From Bdellovibrionota bacterium (GTDB lineage Bacteria > Bdellovibrionota_B > Oligoflexia > Oligoflexales > Oligoflexaceae), in NCBI GenBank assembly GCA_040385935.1, contig JAZKGL010000277.1, positions 1-53,579 on the forward strand: a DNA stretch of 53,579 nt. Reading direction: 5' to 3'. The notes below the pieces were generated by a model, which ran no database searches, was not told where the DNA came from, and saw only the letters and a list, made by a program, of their open reading frames with translations. Shown one piece after another: positions 1 through 9,324 of the stretch. How positions within the stretch are numbered: position 1 is the first letter of the stretch; each line of letters opens with the position of its first letter. The position numbers were made by a program, and so were the translations under genes.

Positions 1-104
1 GAGTTAGCCAAGTAATCTCCCTTTAGTTTTTACATTTAAAAATTTCATATGCCAATTATGGTGGAAATTCTGCAAGTCCAAGGGGATTTGCTGGGGAGAT
101 TCTC

Positions 105-1967
105 ATGAATAATCGTCGCGACTTTTTAAGGACTTCGGCGTGGGCCGGCGTATCGTTCTATCTTCTACCTGCTTCGATTGCACGCGGACAGGGCGTCCTA
201 TCTCGTAAAGGTTTTCCAAAGTCGGTGTGTTTTGGTGGGCGCACAGAATTCGAAGGACCGCTTGAAGTTTTATCAGGATCGATTCCGCGTGACATTCAGG
301 GCCACGCTTTTATCGTCGAATCGCTCGACACGCCTCAGCGCACAAATCTTATTTCCGGTGCCGGGAGTTTGCTTCGCATCGACTTTGAGAACGGCCGCGC
401 GCGTGCCAAACGTAAAATGATCCGCACCCCTTCGGTGATCGCGCAGGAACTCTTTGAGAGTACAGAGCATCGATTTGAAAGCAAGGGCGTGGCCTACATG
501 AGCAAAACCCTCGGCATCCTCAACAACTGCAATACAGCTGCCGTAGCCATGGAGAACAGCCGCCTCATCCTTTCCTACGATGCCGGTGAACCCTATGAAG
601 TCGATCTGAAGAGCCTCAGCATCATCACCCCGGTGGGCGCACGTTCGGAATGGTCCCAGGGCCTGCCGAAGACTCTGGCCGCGTTTCAGGGCAATCCTGT
701 GTTTCCTATGATACGCGCGACCGCTCACCCGTTTTACGACAACGAGACGAAAACCTTTATCAGCGTGAACTTTGGCGGCCAAATTAATATCGCGGGTCTT
801 CCTATCGGCAAGGCCTTCACTGATATCGTACTTTGGGATGGCGAAGGACTTTTGCAAAAACATCCTCTCACTGACGAGAAGGGGAAAACTGTTGTAATCA
901 AACAAGCCGTGCATACCCTGTGCGTGAGCAGGCATTACGTTCTGATTTTTGACACACCATTTAGTTTTGAAGCGGAGTCGATACTTGGATTTCCTAAAGT
1001 TCGTTCGCAAGAAGTCGACACTCCGGTTTGGATCGTTGCGCGATCGGCACTCGATGGCAGCGGCGCAGCCGTTCGAGCGAAGAAAGTTGTCCTCGAGAAA
1101 GAGTGGGAGCATATCTTCGCTGACTTTGATGACAGTGACGGGATCATCACACTTTATGGAGCCACGAGTCCAGCGACTGACTTCTCGGAATGTTTGCAAG
1201 ACGGCGATCGACTTGCGCACAGCAACCAACCGATTAATCCCGATCACTTCGGTATGATACCAGCACCTTTGGATCGCGGGGATTGCGGCCGGATTCGGAT
1301 CGATATGACTCAGAGCAAGCCTTCGGCTGAAATTCAGTTGACCTCGCACCCACTTTATAGCTGGCAGACAGCTCTTGCAGCCGTTCGTCGTCAGAAGGCG
1401 CCTCTCGAACGTCATGAGGCGATCTTCTGGATATCGTTTGGCTTCACACCGGAGTTAGCGGTTAAACGTATGTATACGGTTTATGATCGCTACAAATACC
1501 GCCAAGTTCCTGTCGATCAAATTCCATGGGAAGGCGTCGCGCCTGCTTTGTTCCGTTATGATTGTGCTTCTATGACGATTGATAAGGCGTATTCGTTCCC
1601 GGCGGGTGTTTTTCCTTCATCGCCTATCTTTATGCCACGAACCGACGCTCAGTCGCAAACCGATGGCTATATCCTTTGCACGATCGCATCGGACGAAAAA
1701 GCGAGCGGCAAAACCGGAGATGAGCTTTGGATATTCGATGGTCGAAACCTGGAGGCCGGTCCGATTTGTAAGCTGCATCACAGCGATCTTGATATGGCTC
1801 TCACACTTCACACCGAGTGGATCGATACGATTGAGGAGAGAGGGTCGAATTATCGCATTGATATGAGAGAAGCTTACAGTGAGGCGCTTGTCACGAAGTC
1901 GGGTGCTATGCAAGCGGTGTTTGAATCGCAGATATTCCCTCAGTTCGATTATCCGTTGTCGAACTAG
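105..1967 (+). CDS. Carotenoid oxygenase / RPE65-family non-heme iron dioxygenase with twin-arginine (Tat) signal peptide
   Basis: N-terminus NNRRDFLR plus hydrophobic stretch. Family-like motifs GPLEVLSGSIPRDIQG, NTAAV, DAGEPYEVD, DGYILC, ELWIFDG..GPICKL. Four candidate Fe-binding His: TAHP, QAVH, WEHIF, LHTEW. RBS GGGGAG. Confidence 0.88.
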   Translation: MNNRRDFLRTSAWAGVSFYLLPASIARGQGVLSRKGFPKSVCFGGRTEFEGPLEVLSGSIPRDIQGHAFIVESLDTPQRTNLISGAGSLLRIDFENGRARAKRKMIRTPSVIAQELFESTEHRFESKGVAYMSKTLGILNNCNTAAVAMENSRLILSYDAGEPYEVDLKSLSIITPVGARSEWSQGLPKTLAAFQGNPVFPMIRATAHPFYDNETKTFISVNFGGQINIAGLPIGKAFTDIVLWDGEGLLQKHPLTDEKGKTVVIKQAVHTLCVSRHYVLIFDTPFSFEAESILGFPKVRSQEVDTPVWIVARSALDGSGAAVRAKKVVLEKEWEHIFADFDDSDGIITLYGATSPATDFSECLQDGDRLAHSNQPINPDHFGMIPAPLDRGDCGRIRIDMTQSKPSAEIQLTSHPLYSWQTALAAVRRQKAPLERHEAIFWISFGFTPELAVKRMYTVYDRYKYRQVPVDQIPWEGVAPALFRYDCASMTIDKAYSFPAGVFPSSPIFMPRTDAQSQTDGYILCTIASDEKASGKTGDELWIFDGRNLEAGPICKLHHSDLDMALTLHTEWIDTIEERGSNYRIDMREAYSEALVTKSGAMQAVFESQIFPQFDYPLSN

Positions 1968-1987
1968 AAAAGAATCCGTTTTTAAGG

Positions 1988-2021
1988 AGACGAGTGAAGC
2001 TGGTTTCACTCGTCTTATTTT
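1988..2021. terminator. Intrinsic terminator hairpin between convergent genes
   Basis: AGACGAGTGAA-gctggt-TTCACTCGTCT, an 11-bp perfect stem followed by TATTTT. Confidence 0.75.
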
Positions 2022-2031
2022 CCTGGGTGTT

Positions 2032-2781
2032 TTAGAACGAGTAACCTAAACCGATTTTCAGCACGGAACCGCCGGCAGTGTCATCGGTATCCGCATCAAT
2101 CTTTTGCTCGTCACGATACGCTTGCTCATCAATCGAAATATCTTGAACGAGAGTGGCTGAATCGATCTTGTAGTGCATGGATTCTACGGCGGCATCGACA
2201 TAAAAATAGAAAGAACTGACAGGCACGCGAAGACCTACCCCGATCTGAGTAAATTCTGTTTTCTGCTCAGTCTCGACTTTCATTCCAAAGCTGACTGGTG
2301 TTCCCATGTAGTTGGACGAGCTTTTGTACTCACTCAGGTTTTTCAATGTTCCCATTTGATAAGCGATGCGAAAGTAGGGCTGAAGGAATTTGCCTGGATA
2401 AGCGACAGTTATTTGCGGACCGAAAACCAAACCTTTGGAAGAGCCAGTAGCATCTCCCGAATCTTCGCTGGCTGGACCGGAACTAAATACATCTTGATCG
2501 CCATAGAACGATTCCGCTGCGCCCTTTAAGCTTTCAGCGGCTTTCTTCATATCGTAGTTCTTTTGAGTTGCGATCAGGCCGAGCGAGATGAAATTCTTTA
2601 TACGATAGCCGACATAGAGGTTCATATCGAGCGAGTGAACACTGCTGTCTTCCTCACCTTCATCGCCTTCAATCTTTTTCGTCGATTGTCCTGCGCCTAG
2701 CTCCAACTCAACACCTGCATGTGCGATTTCACTGACAAGGAGAGCTGAGATCAAAACGGTCGAAAGCTGGGTGATTTTCAT
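2032..2781 (-). CDS. Outer-membrane beta-barrel protein (OmpA/OmpW-like membrane domain)
   Basis: Likely start ATG 2781 (MKITQLSTVLISALLVSEIAHA signal peptide, AGGA upstream). Alternating beta-strand pattern and C-terminal LKIGLGYSF beta-signal. Confidence 0.7.
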   Translation of the reverse strand: MKITQLSTVLISALLVSEIAHAGVELELGAGQSTKKIEGDEGEEDSSVHSLDMNLYVGYRIKNFISLGLIATQKNYDMKKAAESLKGAAESFYGDQDVFSSGPASEDSGDATGSSKGLVFGPQITVAYPGKFLQPYFRIAYQMGTLKNLSEYKSSSNYMGTPVSFGMKVETEQKTEFTQIGVGLRVPVSSFYFYVDAAVESMHYKIDSATLVQDISIDEQAYRDEQKIDADTDDTAGGSVLKIGLGYSF

Positions 2782-2812
2782 GAGGTATTCCTGTTTAGTT
2801 GCAGACATTAAG

Positions 2813-2839
2813 CTATCGACATACTCACACTATTCTTTA
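2813..2839 (-). promoter_or_regulatory. Sigma-28 (FliA)-like promoter
   Basis: TAAAGAAT-N11-GTCGATAG versus consensus TAAAGTTT-N11-GCCGATAA, ~30 bp upstream of the 2781 start. Confidence 0.6.
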
Positions 2840-2941
2840 TGCAGCATCGATGTTGACCGGCTGGTTCTCTGTGCAGTCACCCTGTTGCAGAGGTTATAAA
2901 TATTACGATGTACCTCAATACGTTGGCTTGCCCTGATAGGC

Positions 2942-2973
2942 AAAAACCGCCGACCCTGGTGAGGATCGGCGGT
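2942..2973 (-). terminator. Intrinsic terminator of the 3041..4072 gene
   Basis: Minus strand ACCGCCGATCC-tcacca-GGGTCGGCGGT followed by a T run. Confidence 0.75.
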
Positions 2974-3040
2974 CGTTCTGGAGGAGATCGAAGACAGTTA
3001 ATGAAATCGACAGTCTCTCAGAAGGAACTTGAATGAGGGC

Positions 3041-4072
3041 TTAGTGCTGGATAATAGGGCGGCGATAGTTCGATTCGCTTAAAACAGGAAGTGAGTAAGG
3101 TGCGCGAATCGCACCGAAGAGACCACCAAAAGCGGCTGCGAGTCCGCCGAGGACGAGAGCGATGAAACTCCAGATAGCGCCTTTGCTAATGTTTTCTGCG
3201 GCTTTGTCACCGGCTTCGCGAGCCTTTTGCTCAGCCTGTACTTTCGTTTGATCAAATTTTACTTTAGCAGCGGCATAGGTTGATTCCCAACGATTCACAA
3301 CCGTCGTCGCTTCTTCGGGTGACATGCTTGAACGAGCGACCAAAACATTGACGAGAGCTTCTTTGTCAGCCGCTTCTAAAGTCGACTTGCCGTTTTGAAT
3401 CACGCGATTCCAAATCTGTGTGAGTTCGGCTTCGGCATTTTGTGGATTCTTCGCGGCTTGCGAAACTCCGCCCTCGACTTGAGCCTGTGCACGATCAGCT
3501 TGGTTTTCGATAGCGCTTGGTTGAAGTTCCGGTTTGGCTGTTTGGCTAAGTAAAGTCTTGGCTTCCGCAGTGATGGAATTCAAATCGATTCCTTGCGCCG
3601 AGAGCTGGCCGGATACCGCATCGCCAATTGCTGGGGCAGCGGTTTTAATGCCTTGTCCAACGAGAGAAGCAGCGCTGCCGAGCATATTGCCTGCGCCGCG
3701 AACCATGCCGCCCATCGCTGTTGCAAGTAGGTAGGTCGTGACTAGAGTTGCGAGACCCCAAGTTAAAAACCCGTGGATTGAACCTTCGACTTTGTTATGC
3801 ATGCCCGAGACGCGCCCTGCGATCCAACCGCCGGCAAAGAGTGCGATCAAAGTCGATACGACTAACCAGATACCGCTGCCGGTGCCCATTCCACTGAGTG
3901 GATTTTGTTGAGCTAAAGGATCGATGGTACTTGCGCCTATGCCGATTCCTAATAGACTGAGGGCAAGTTGAACGACAAGAACAACAACGGCGCCTGCGAA
4001 AATCGCAGGCCACGAGATGCGTTTCACGGAGACTTCATTGCGGGCGGTTACTTGAGCTTCGATTGGTGTCAC
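3041..4072 (-). CDS. Conserved membrane protein (RISWxAIFAG N-terminus, YrzE/PhnA-like general-stress type) with helical periplasmic insert
   Basis: RISWPAIFAGAVV..LSLLGIGIG, three N-terminal TM helices, HGFLTWGLAT, Ala/Gln-rich helical region, C-terminal TM (AIWSFIALVLGGLAAAFGG). GTG start with AGGGG RBS. Confidence 0.65.
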   Translation of the reverse strand: MTPIEAQVTARNEVSVKRISWPAIFAGAVVVLVVQLALSLLGIGIGASTIDPLAQQNPLSGMGTGSGIWLVVSTLIALFAGGWIAGRVSGMHNKVEGSIHGFLTWGLATLVTTYLLATAMGGMVRGAGNMLGSAASLVGQGIKTAAPAIGDAVSGQLSAQGIDLNSITAEAKTLLSQTAKPELQPSAIENQADRAQAQVEGGVSQAAKNPQNAEAELTQIWNRVIQNGKSTLEAADKEALVNVLVARSSMSPEEATTVVNRWESTYAAAKVKFDQTKVQAEQKAREAGDKAAENISKGAIWSFIALVLGGLAAAFGGLFGAIRAPYSLPVLSESNYRRPIIQH

Positions 4073-4113
4073 TTAAAATTCCCCTATTGAGAGTGTTGTG
4101 CGATGGGGGAGTA

Positions 4114-4129
4114 AGCAACAATCGATCCA
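4114..4129 (-). promoter_or_regulatory. Sigma-54-like -24/-12 promoter
   Basis: TGGATCGATTGTTGCT (GG-N10-GC; consensus TGGCACG-N4-TTGCW), ~40 bp upstream of the 4072 start. Confidence 0.5.
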
Positions 4130-4250
4130 CATTCGACAAGGAGTTTAAAAATATTTGGCATAGCTGTAGTGATGGGTGAACTTTTGAAATTCTCATCTTC
4201 CCGTTCTTAAGGTTTAACGAGGCAAAATTTTTTTCTGGAAGGATTTGTAT

Positions 4251-4574
4251 ATGAAAACTTTATCAACAATTTTTGCAGCGACTCTACTTTCAAGTGTAGC
4301 TTTTGCTCAGGCACCGGCTGGAACGATTTCAACAAAAGACAAAAAGTCCAAAGACTACGCCTCTCTTGCGACTGTCACTCTTCAGGAGGCTGTTGACGCA
4401 GCTCTGGTGAAGGTTCCAGGTAAAGCTGTTGATGCCGAGCTGGATTCGGAAAAAGGCTTTTTGGTTTATGAAGTCAAGGTTGTGGCGACGGATAACACCA
4501 CCCATGAAGTCACGGTCGATGCAGGGAATAAGGCTATATTGAAGGCCGAAGCTAAAAAGGGAATGTTTAAGTAA
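4251..4574 (+). CDS. PepSY domain-containing secreted protein
   Basis: Signal peptide MKTLSTIFAATLLSSVAFA; VTLQEAVDAAL..VPGKAVDAELD....LVYEVKV.....HEVTVDAGN is a typical PepSY pattern. Confidence 0.85.
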   Translation: MKTLSTIFAATLLSSVAFAQAPAGTISTKDKKSKDYASLATVTLQEAVDAALVKVPGKAVDAELDSEKGFLVYEVKVVATDNTTHEVTVDAGNKAILKAEAKKGMFK

Positions 4575-4595
4575 ATGAAAGTCTCGGAGGGCTAG

Positions 4596-4844
4596 GTGAA
4601 TTACGCGCAGAAGATTATGCAGCTTTTAGCCAAACGTGGACCGGAAAAAACGATCTGTCCCTCCGAGGTCCTGCCCGCTGAAGAAAAGAAAAATAAGTTA
4701 AAAATGGATACAGTGAGAGAGGCCGCGAAGGTGCTCATTGCCGATAATAAAATCGAGGCCACGCAAAAAGGTAAAGCGATTGACTTAGATACTGTGAAAG
4801 GACCGATTCGATTACGTCTAAAAGTACAGACCCCGACTGGATAG
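4596..4844 (+). CDS. DUF3253 winged-helix family protein
   Basis: LLAKRGPEKTICPSEV and IEATQKG...KGPIRLRL signatures; GGAGG RBS before GTG. Confidence 0.85.
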   Translation: MNYAQKIMQLLAKRGPEKTICPSEVLPAEEKKNKLKMDTVREAAKVLIADNKIEATQKGKAIDLDTVKGPIRLRLKVQTPTG

Positions 4845-4883
4845 GGGGAGCTACAAGATCGTTAGGCGGCTAATCAATCGGTC

Positions 4884-4928
4884 TTGTGTATGTGTTTCGA
4901 CCTAGGTATGTTCAGACTCGTCGAACAT
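4884..4928 (+). promoter_or_regulatory. Sigma-70-like promoter overlapped by an inverted repeat (candidate operator) upstream of the RND operon
   Basis: TTGTGT(4884)-N17-TATGTT(4907); inverted repeat ATGTTC-N9-GAACAT at 4908-4928. Confidence 0.4.
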
Positions 4929-5001
4929 CTAATCTTTGATCCAAGGCCAGGCAACTGCCGAACTTTTAACTGCTCTCACTGCTCTTACGAGACCAAAACT
5001 C

Positions 5002-6165
5002 ATGGCTAACAAGATATTATTACTCGCTCTCTTTGGAACCTTTCTCAGCGCTTGTGAAAAGAAGAAAGAGGCCGCACCGCCCGAGCCACCTGCCGTTACA
5101 GTGATGGTCGTGGCTAAGTCATCGGAGCCAGTGGTCACTGAACTTCCTGGCCGCCTTGAGGCCTACCGCCAAGCCGAAGTGCGGGCTCGTGCAGCCGGTA
5201 TCGTTACAAAACGGCTCTATCAAGAAGGCCAGATTGTTAAAGAGGGGACACCTTTATTCAAAATAGATCCCGCTCCTCTTAAGGCTGCCTACGATATCAC
5301 CGAGGGTCAGGTTGCAAGTGCGAAGGCCGCTCATATTGTGGCCAAGGATAAGCTCAATCGCTACTCTGATCTCAAAGACGAGAAGGCCGTGAGCGAACTC
5401 GAATATGCCTCCGCCGTCGCCGAGGAGGCTCAAGCGAAAGCCGCTCTTTTATCAGCGGAAGCGGGTCGTAAAAACGCAAATCTCAATCTTCAATACGCAA
5501 ACGTTACCTCTCCTATCGCAGGACGAGCACGTCGCGCGATGGTCACCGAAGGCGCTTTGGTCGGTTTGGATTCTCCGACTCCATTGACTATTGTTGAACA
5601 AACCGATCCGATTTACGTGAACTTTGCGCAACCGGCAAGCGAAGTGATCGCTCTACGAAAAGCGAGTAAAAAGGGTGATTTGCAAAACATTCCTGAAGAC
5701 GCGGTGAAAGTGCAGATTATCATGGCCGACGGCAACCCCTATCCGCAGGCCGGCAAACTCCTCTTCAGCGATCTATCTGTCGATCCTAAAACCGATACGG
5801 TTTCGATGCGCGCATTGTTTCCGAATAAGGACGGAGAACTCCTTTCGGGTGCCTTTGTAAACGTAAAGCTCGTTCGTGCGGTGAATAACGATGCGGTGCT
5901 TATTCCTCGGGATGCTCTGGTTCGCGGACCTGAGGCTGCGACTGTCATGGTTGTCAACGCCGAGCAGAAGGTCGCGGCAGTGGTGGTCAAAGCCACAGAA
6001 CTACGCGGAACGCACTGGGTCGTAACCGAAGGTCTAAATGGTGGTGAGAAAGTGATCTTGAGCAATCCAGGAATGCTGCAGCCCGGAATGGTTGTTAAGC
6101 CTATGGATAAAGCCGCGACCGAACCTGCCAAAACCGAAGCGCCTGCAGCGAAAAAAGAGGGTTAA
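5002..6165 (+). CDS. mexX: RND efflux periplasmic adaptor (MFP) lipoprotein, MexX/AmrA/AxyX-like
   Basis: Start ATG 5002, lipobox LSAC. ELPGRLEAYRQAEVRAR.AGIV..RLY.EGQ, IDPAPLKAA, GRARRAMVTEGALVG.DSPTPLT, LLFSDL.VDP.TDT match my recollection of MexX/AmrA. Confidence 0.9.
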   Translation: MANKILLLALFGTFLSACEKKKEAAPPEPPAVTVMVVAKSSEPVVTELPGRLEAYRQAEVRARAAGIVTKRLYQEGQIVKEGTPLFKIDPAPLKAAYDITEGQVASAKAAHIVAKDKLNRYSDLKDEKAVSELEYASAVAEEAQAKAALLSAEAGRKNANLNLQYANVTSPIAGRARRAMVTEGALVGLDSPTPLTIVEQTDPIYVNFAQPASEVIALRKASKKGDLQNIPEDAVKVQIIMADGNPYPQAGKLLFSDLSVDPKTDTVSMRALFPNKDGELLSGAFVNVKLVRAVNNDAVLIPRDALVRGPEAATVMVVNAEQKVAAVVVKATELRGTHWVVTEGLNGGEKVILSNPGMLQPGMVVKPMDKAATEPAKTEAPAAKKEG

Positions 6166-6168
6166 GCC

Positions 6169-9100
6169 GTGATTTCCAAATATTTTATCGACAGACCCAT
6201 CTTTGCCTGGGTCGTCTCGCTCGGTATCGTCCTCGCTGGACTTATTTCTCTGAAAGCTATTCCACTCGAGCAGTATCCTGAGATCGCGCCCCCCACGGTG
6301 GAGATCACAGCGACCTATCCTGGTGCATCGGCCAAAGCTGTGGAAGAAGCGGTCACAACGCTGATCGAAAGAGAGATGAACGGCGCGCCTGGACTGGCTT
6401 ACACCAGTGCCAGCAGCAGTGCAAACATGGCTCAAATCTCGGTCGTCTTTGAACAAGGCACCGATGTGAATATTGCCGGTGTCGAAGTGCAAAACCGTTT
6501 GAAGGCGGTGGAAGCACGTCTACCGGAACAGGTTCGGCGAAACGGTATTATCATTGAGAAAGCATCGAGCAATTTTGCGATGATCATCGCATTGACGAGT
6601 GAGGATGGGAGCTGGAATGAAGTCCAGCTCGGTGAATTGTCCTCGTCGACGCTCCTTCAATCTCTTCGCCGTGTCCCGGGCGTAGGTAAAGTGCAGATGT
6701 TCGGAACCGAAAGTGCCATTCGTATTTGGCCCGATCCAGCTAAGTTAGCTGCGGCCGGACTTACCGCGAACGATCTATCAAGCGTTCTGCGTATCTACAG
6801 TGCCCGCGTTATCGTTGGAGCCATCGGATCGCAAGAAGTGCCCGATACTGCCCCGATCAGTGCGAACATCGCTTCGGAATCGCCATACACCACTCCCGAA
6901 AGTTTTGAATCCATTCCTCTCCGAGCCAATCCTGATGGCTCGTCGATTCGTATTAAAGATGTGGCTCGCGTTGAACTTGGGGCAGCGGAAACTTCTACAG
7001 CCTCTAAATTGAACGGGAAACCCGCTTCTGGACTCGCTATCAAGCTTGCGCCTGGGTCAAACATTCTCGATACGACGGATCTCGTTCGCGCGTCTTTGGA
7101 AGAGTCGAAGAAATTATTTCCCAAAGGCGTGATCTACGAGGTTCCGGTCGATAGTTCTGAGTTTGTTCGCATATCGGTCGAGGGCGTGGTGCATACGCTT
7201 ATCGAAGCGATCGTACTCGTATTTATCGTGATGTATCTGTTCATGCAGAACTTTCGCGCGACGATTATCCCGGCATTGGTCGTTCCCGTCGCCCTGCTTG
7301 GAACCTTGGCGGCTTTGCTCGCTCTTGGCTATTCCATCAACGTCTTGACTATGTTCGGTATGGTTCTAGCGATCGGTATTCTCGTCGATGATGCGATCGT
7401 CGTCGTGGAGAACGTGGAACGGATTATGCGGGAGGAAAAACTCTCGCCGTACCAAGCGACGATCAAAGCGATGTCGCAGATCAGTGGCGCGATTATCGGT
7501 ATCACTGTCGTTCTTATTGCGGTGTTTATCCCGATGGCGTTTTTCGGTGGAGTCGTCGGTAACGTTTACCGCCAATTCTCGATGACCCTGACGATTTCGA
7601 TCGCGTTCTCGGCTTTCCTGGCTTTGACCCTGACTCCCGCCTTGTGTGCGACGCTTCTAAAACCCGTGGATGAAGAGCATCATCACAAGACAGGTTTTTT
7701 CGGTTGGTTCAACCGAACTTTCGATTCGATCACGCATCACTACACTCATCGCATCGATCTCATCGTCCACAAACCATTGCGTTGGGCTATCGCCTACGGT
7801 CTCATCGCTGTTATCACGGTCCTGTTGTTTTTGAGACTGCCGTCTTCCTTTATTCCTGAAGAGGATCAAGGAAGTTTCATGGTCATGATCAACAAACCTC
7901 AGGGTTCGCCTTTGGCTGAGACTATGAAGAGTCTTGGTGAGGTTCAAAAGCATCTACTTGAGAAAGAACCGATCCGTTACGTCTACGTTGTCGGTGGCTG
8001 GAGTTTCTTCGGGGCGGGTACAAACACCGGTATCATGTTCACCAAGCTCAAGCACTGGGACGAGAGAAAGGACTCCGATCATTCGGTTTACGGCATTATC
8101 GAGCGGACCTCGAAAATGTTTGCTGGTCGTGATGATTTCAGCGTTTTCGTGTTGAATCAACCGCCACTGCCGGGTCTTGGCAATTCCACCGGCTTTGACT
8201 TTAGGCTTCAGGATCGAGCTAACATCGGCACGCAGAAGTTTTCTGAGGCTCGAAACCAGCTTTTGGGCATGGCGAACCAGGATAAGAATATTGGTTTTGC
8301 CTACTTCTCAGGCGTTCCGGATACCGCGGAGTTGGAACTCAAACTCGATCGGGAAAAAGCTGAGGCTATGGGTGTTTCCGTAGCTGAAATCAATGCGACT
8401 CTGGGTATTATGTTCGGGTCGGATTATATCGGCGACTTTGTGCTCAACAGCCAGGTTCGAAAAATTATCGTTCAAGCCGAAGGGGTAAATCGTCTGGCTG
8501 TGCAAGACGTTGGCAAACTCTACGTACGTGGCGCTTCGGGTGAGATGGTGCCTTTGTCTTCATTTGTGACGATGAAGTGGACCGTTGGTCCTCCTCAGCT
8601 CTCTCGATTCAATGGATTTCCTTCGATGTCGATCAGCGGCAGCCCGCCTCCGGGCAAAAGCTCGGGAGATGCGATGTCGGCGATGGAAGCGATCGTGAAG
8701 AAGCTGCCGACAGGCATTGGTTTTGAATGGGCGGCTCAGTCGGCTGAAGAATTGGAATCGAGCCGTCAGGCCCCCATTCTATATGCTCTGTCCTTGCTTA
8801 TCGTCTTTTTAGCATTGGCTGCTCTTTATGAGAGTTGGACGATCCCGATCGCCGTCTTGCTTGTGGTGCCTCTCGGTATCCTCGGGGCTGTGTTTGGAGT
8901 CACGGTTCGCGGCCTGCCCAATGATATTTACTTTCGCGTGGGCTTGATCGCCACGATCGGACTTTCCGCGAAAAATGCGATCCTTATCGTCGAAGTTGCC
9001 AAGGATCTCCATGAAGAGGGGAAAGAACTTTACGCGGCGACGATTGAAGCGGCCAAACTTCGATTGCGACCGATCATCATGACTTCTCTCGCCTTTGGCG

Positions 9101-9324
9101 TCGGCGTCATTCCTCTCGTGCTTTCGAGCGGTGCGGGCTCCGGCGCGCAGACGGCGATTGGTACCGGTGTTTTGGGTGGTATCATCTTCGCTACCGTTCT
9201 TGCGATCTTTCTTGTTCCCATGTTCTTCGTTCTTGTCATGCGCTATCTAGAGGTTCACTTGGCTAGTGGAAAACACATGGACAAAGACAACGATCCTACT
9301 CAAGGTGAAGAGGCTTCACGATGA
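6169..9324 (+). CDS. mexY: RND (HAE1) efflux permease, MexY/AmrB-like
   Basis: FIDRPIFAWV, YPGASAKAVEEAVT..IEREMNGAPGL, proton-relay motifs LVDDAIVVVENVER, SAKNAILIVE, RLRPIIMTS; 1051 aa. Confidence 0.93.
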   Translation: MISKYFIDRPIFAWVVSLGIVLAGLISLKAIPLEQYPEIAPPTVEITATYPGASAKAVEEAVTTLIEREMNGAPGLAYTSASSSANMAQISVVFEQGTDVNIAGVEVQNRLKAVEARLPEQVRRNGIIIEKASSNFAMIIALTSEDGSWNEVQLGELSSSTLLQSLRRVPGVGKVQMFGTESAIRIWPDPAKLAAAGLTANDLSSVLRIYSARVIVGAIGSQEVPDTAPISANIASESPYTTPESFESIPLRANPDGSSIRIKDVARVELGAAETSTASKLNGKPASGLAIKLAPGSNILDTTDLVRASLEESKKLFPKGVIYEVPVDSSEFVRISVEGVVHTLIEAIVLVFIVMYLFMQNFRATIIPALVVPVALLGTLAALLALGYSINVLTMFGMVLAIGILVDDAIVVVENVERIMREEKLSPYQATIKAMSQISGAIIGITVVLIAVFIPMAFFGGVVGNVYRQFSMTLTISIAFSAFLALTLTPALCATLLKPVDEEHHHKTGFFGWFNRTFDSITHHYTHRIDLIVHKPLRWAIAYGLIAVITVLLFLRLPSSFIPEEDQGSFMVMINKPQGSPLAETMKSLGEVQKHLLEKEPIRYVYVVGGWSFFGAGTNTGIMFTKLKHWDERKDSDHSVYGIIERTSKMFAGRDDFSVFVLNQPPLPGLGNSTGFDFRLQDRANIGTQKFSEARNQLLGMANQDKNIGFAYFSGVPDTAELELKLDREKAEAMGVSVAEINATLGIMFGSDYIGDFVLNSQVRKIIVQAEGVNRLAVQDVGKLYVRGASGEMVPLSSFVTMKWTVGPPQLSRFNGFPSMSISGSPPPGKSSGDAMSAMEAIVKKLPTGIGFEWAAQSAEELESSRQAPILYALSLLIVFLALAALYESWTIPIAVLLVVPLGILGAVFGVTVRGLPNDIYFRVGLIATIGLSAKNAILIVEVAKDLHEEGKELYAATIEAAKLRLRPIIMTSLAFGVGVIPLVLSSGAGSGAQTAIGTGVLGGIIFATVLAIFLVPMFFVLVMRYLEVHLASGKHMDKDNDPTQGEEASR

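Noticed and set aside
59-74. Sigma-54-like TGGTGGAAATTCTGCA upstream of the oxygenase
   Set aside because: The spacing fits but the match beyond GG/TGC is too poor to support.
273-1415. Long antisense and alternative-frame ORFs in the track (e.g. 273..1415, 9405..10037, 20047..20730, 37233..37871, 52825..53043, 53318..53548)
   Set aside because: They are shadows of well-supported genes on the other strand or frame and have no recognisable motifs.
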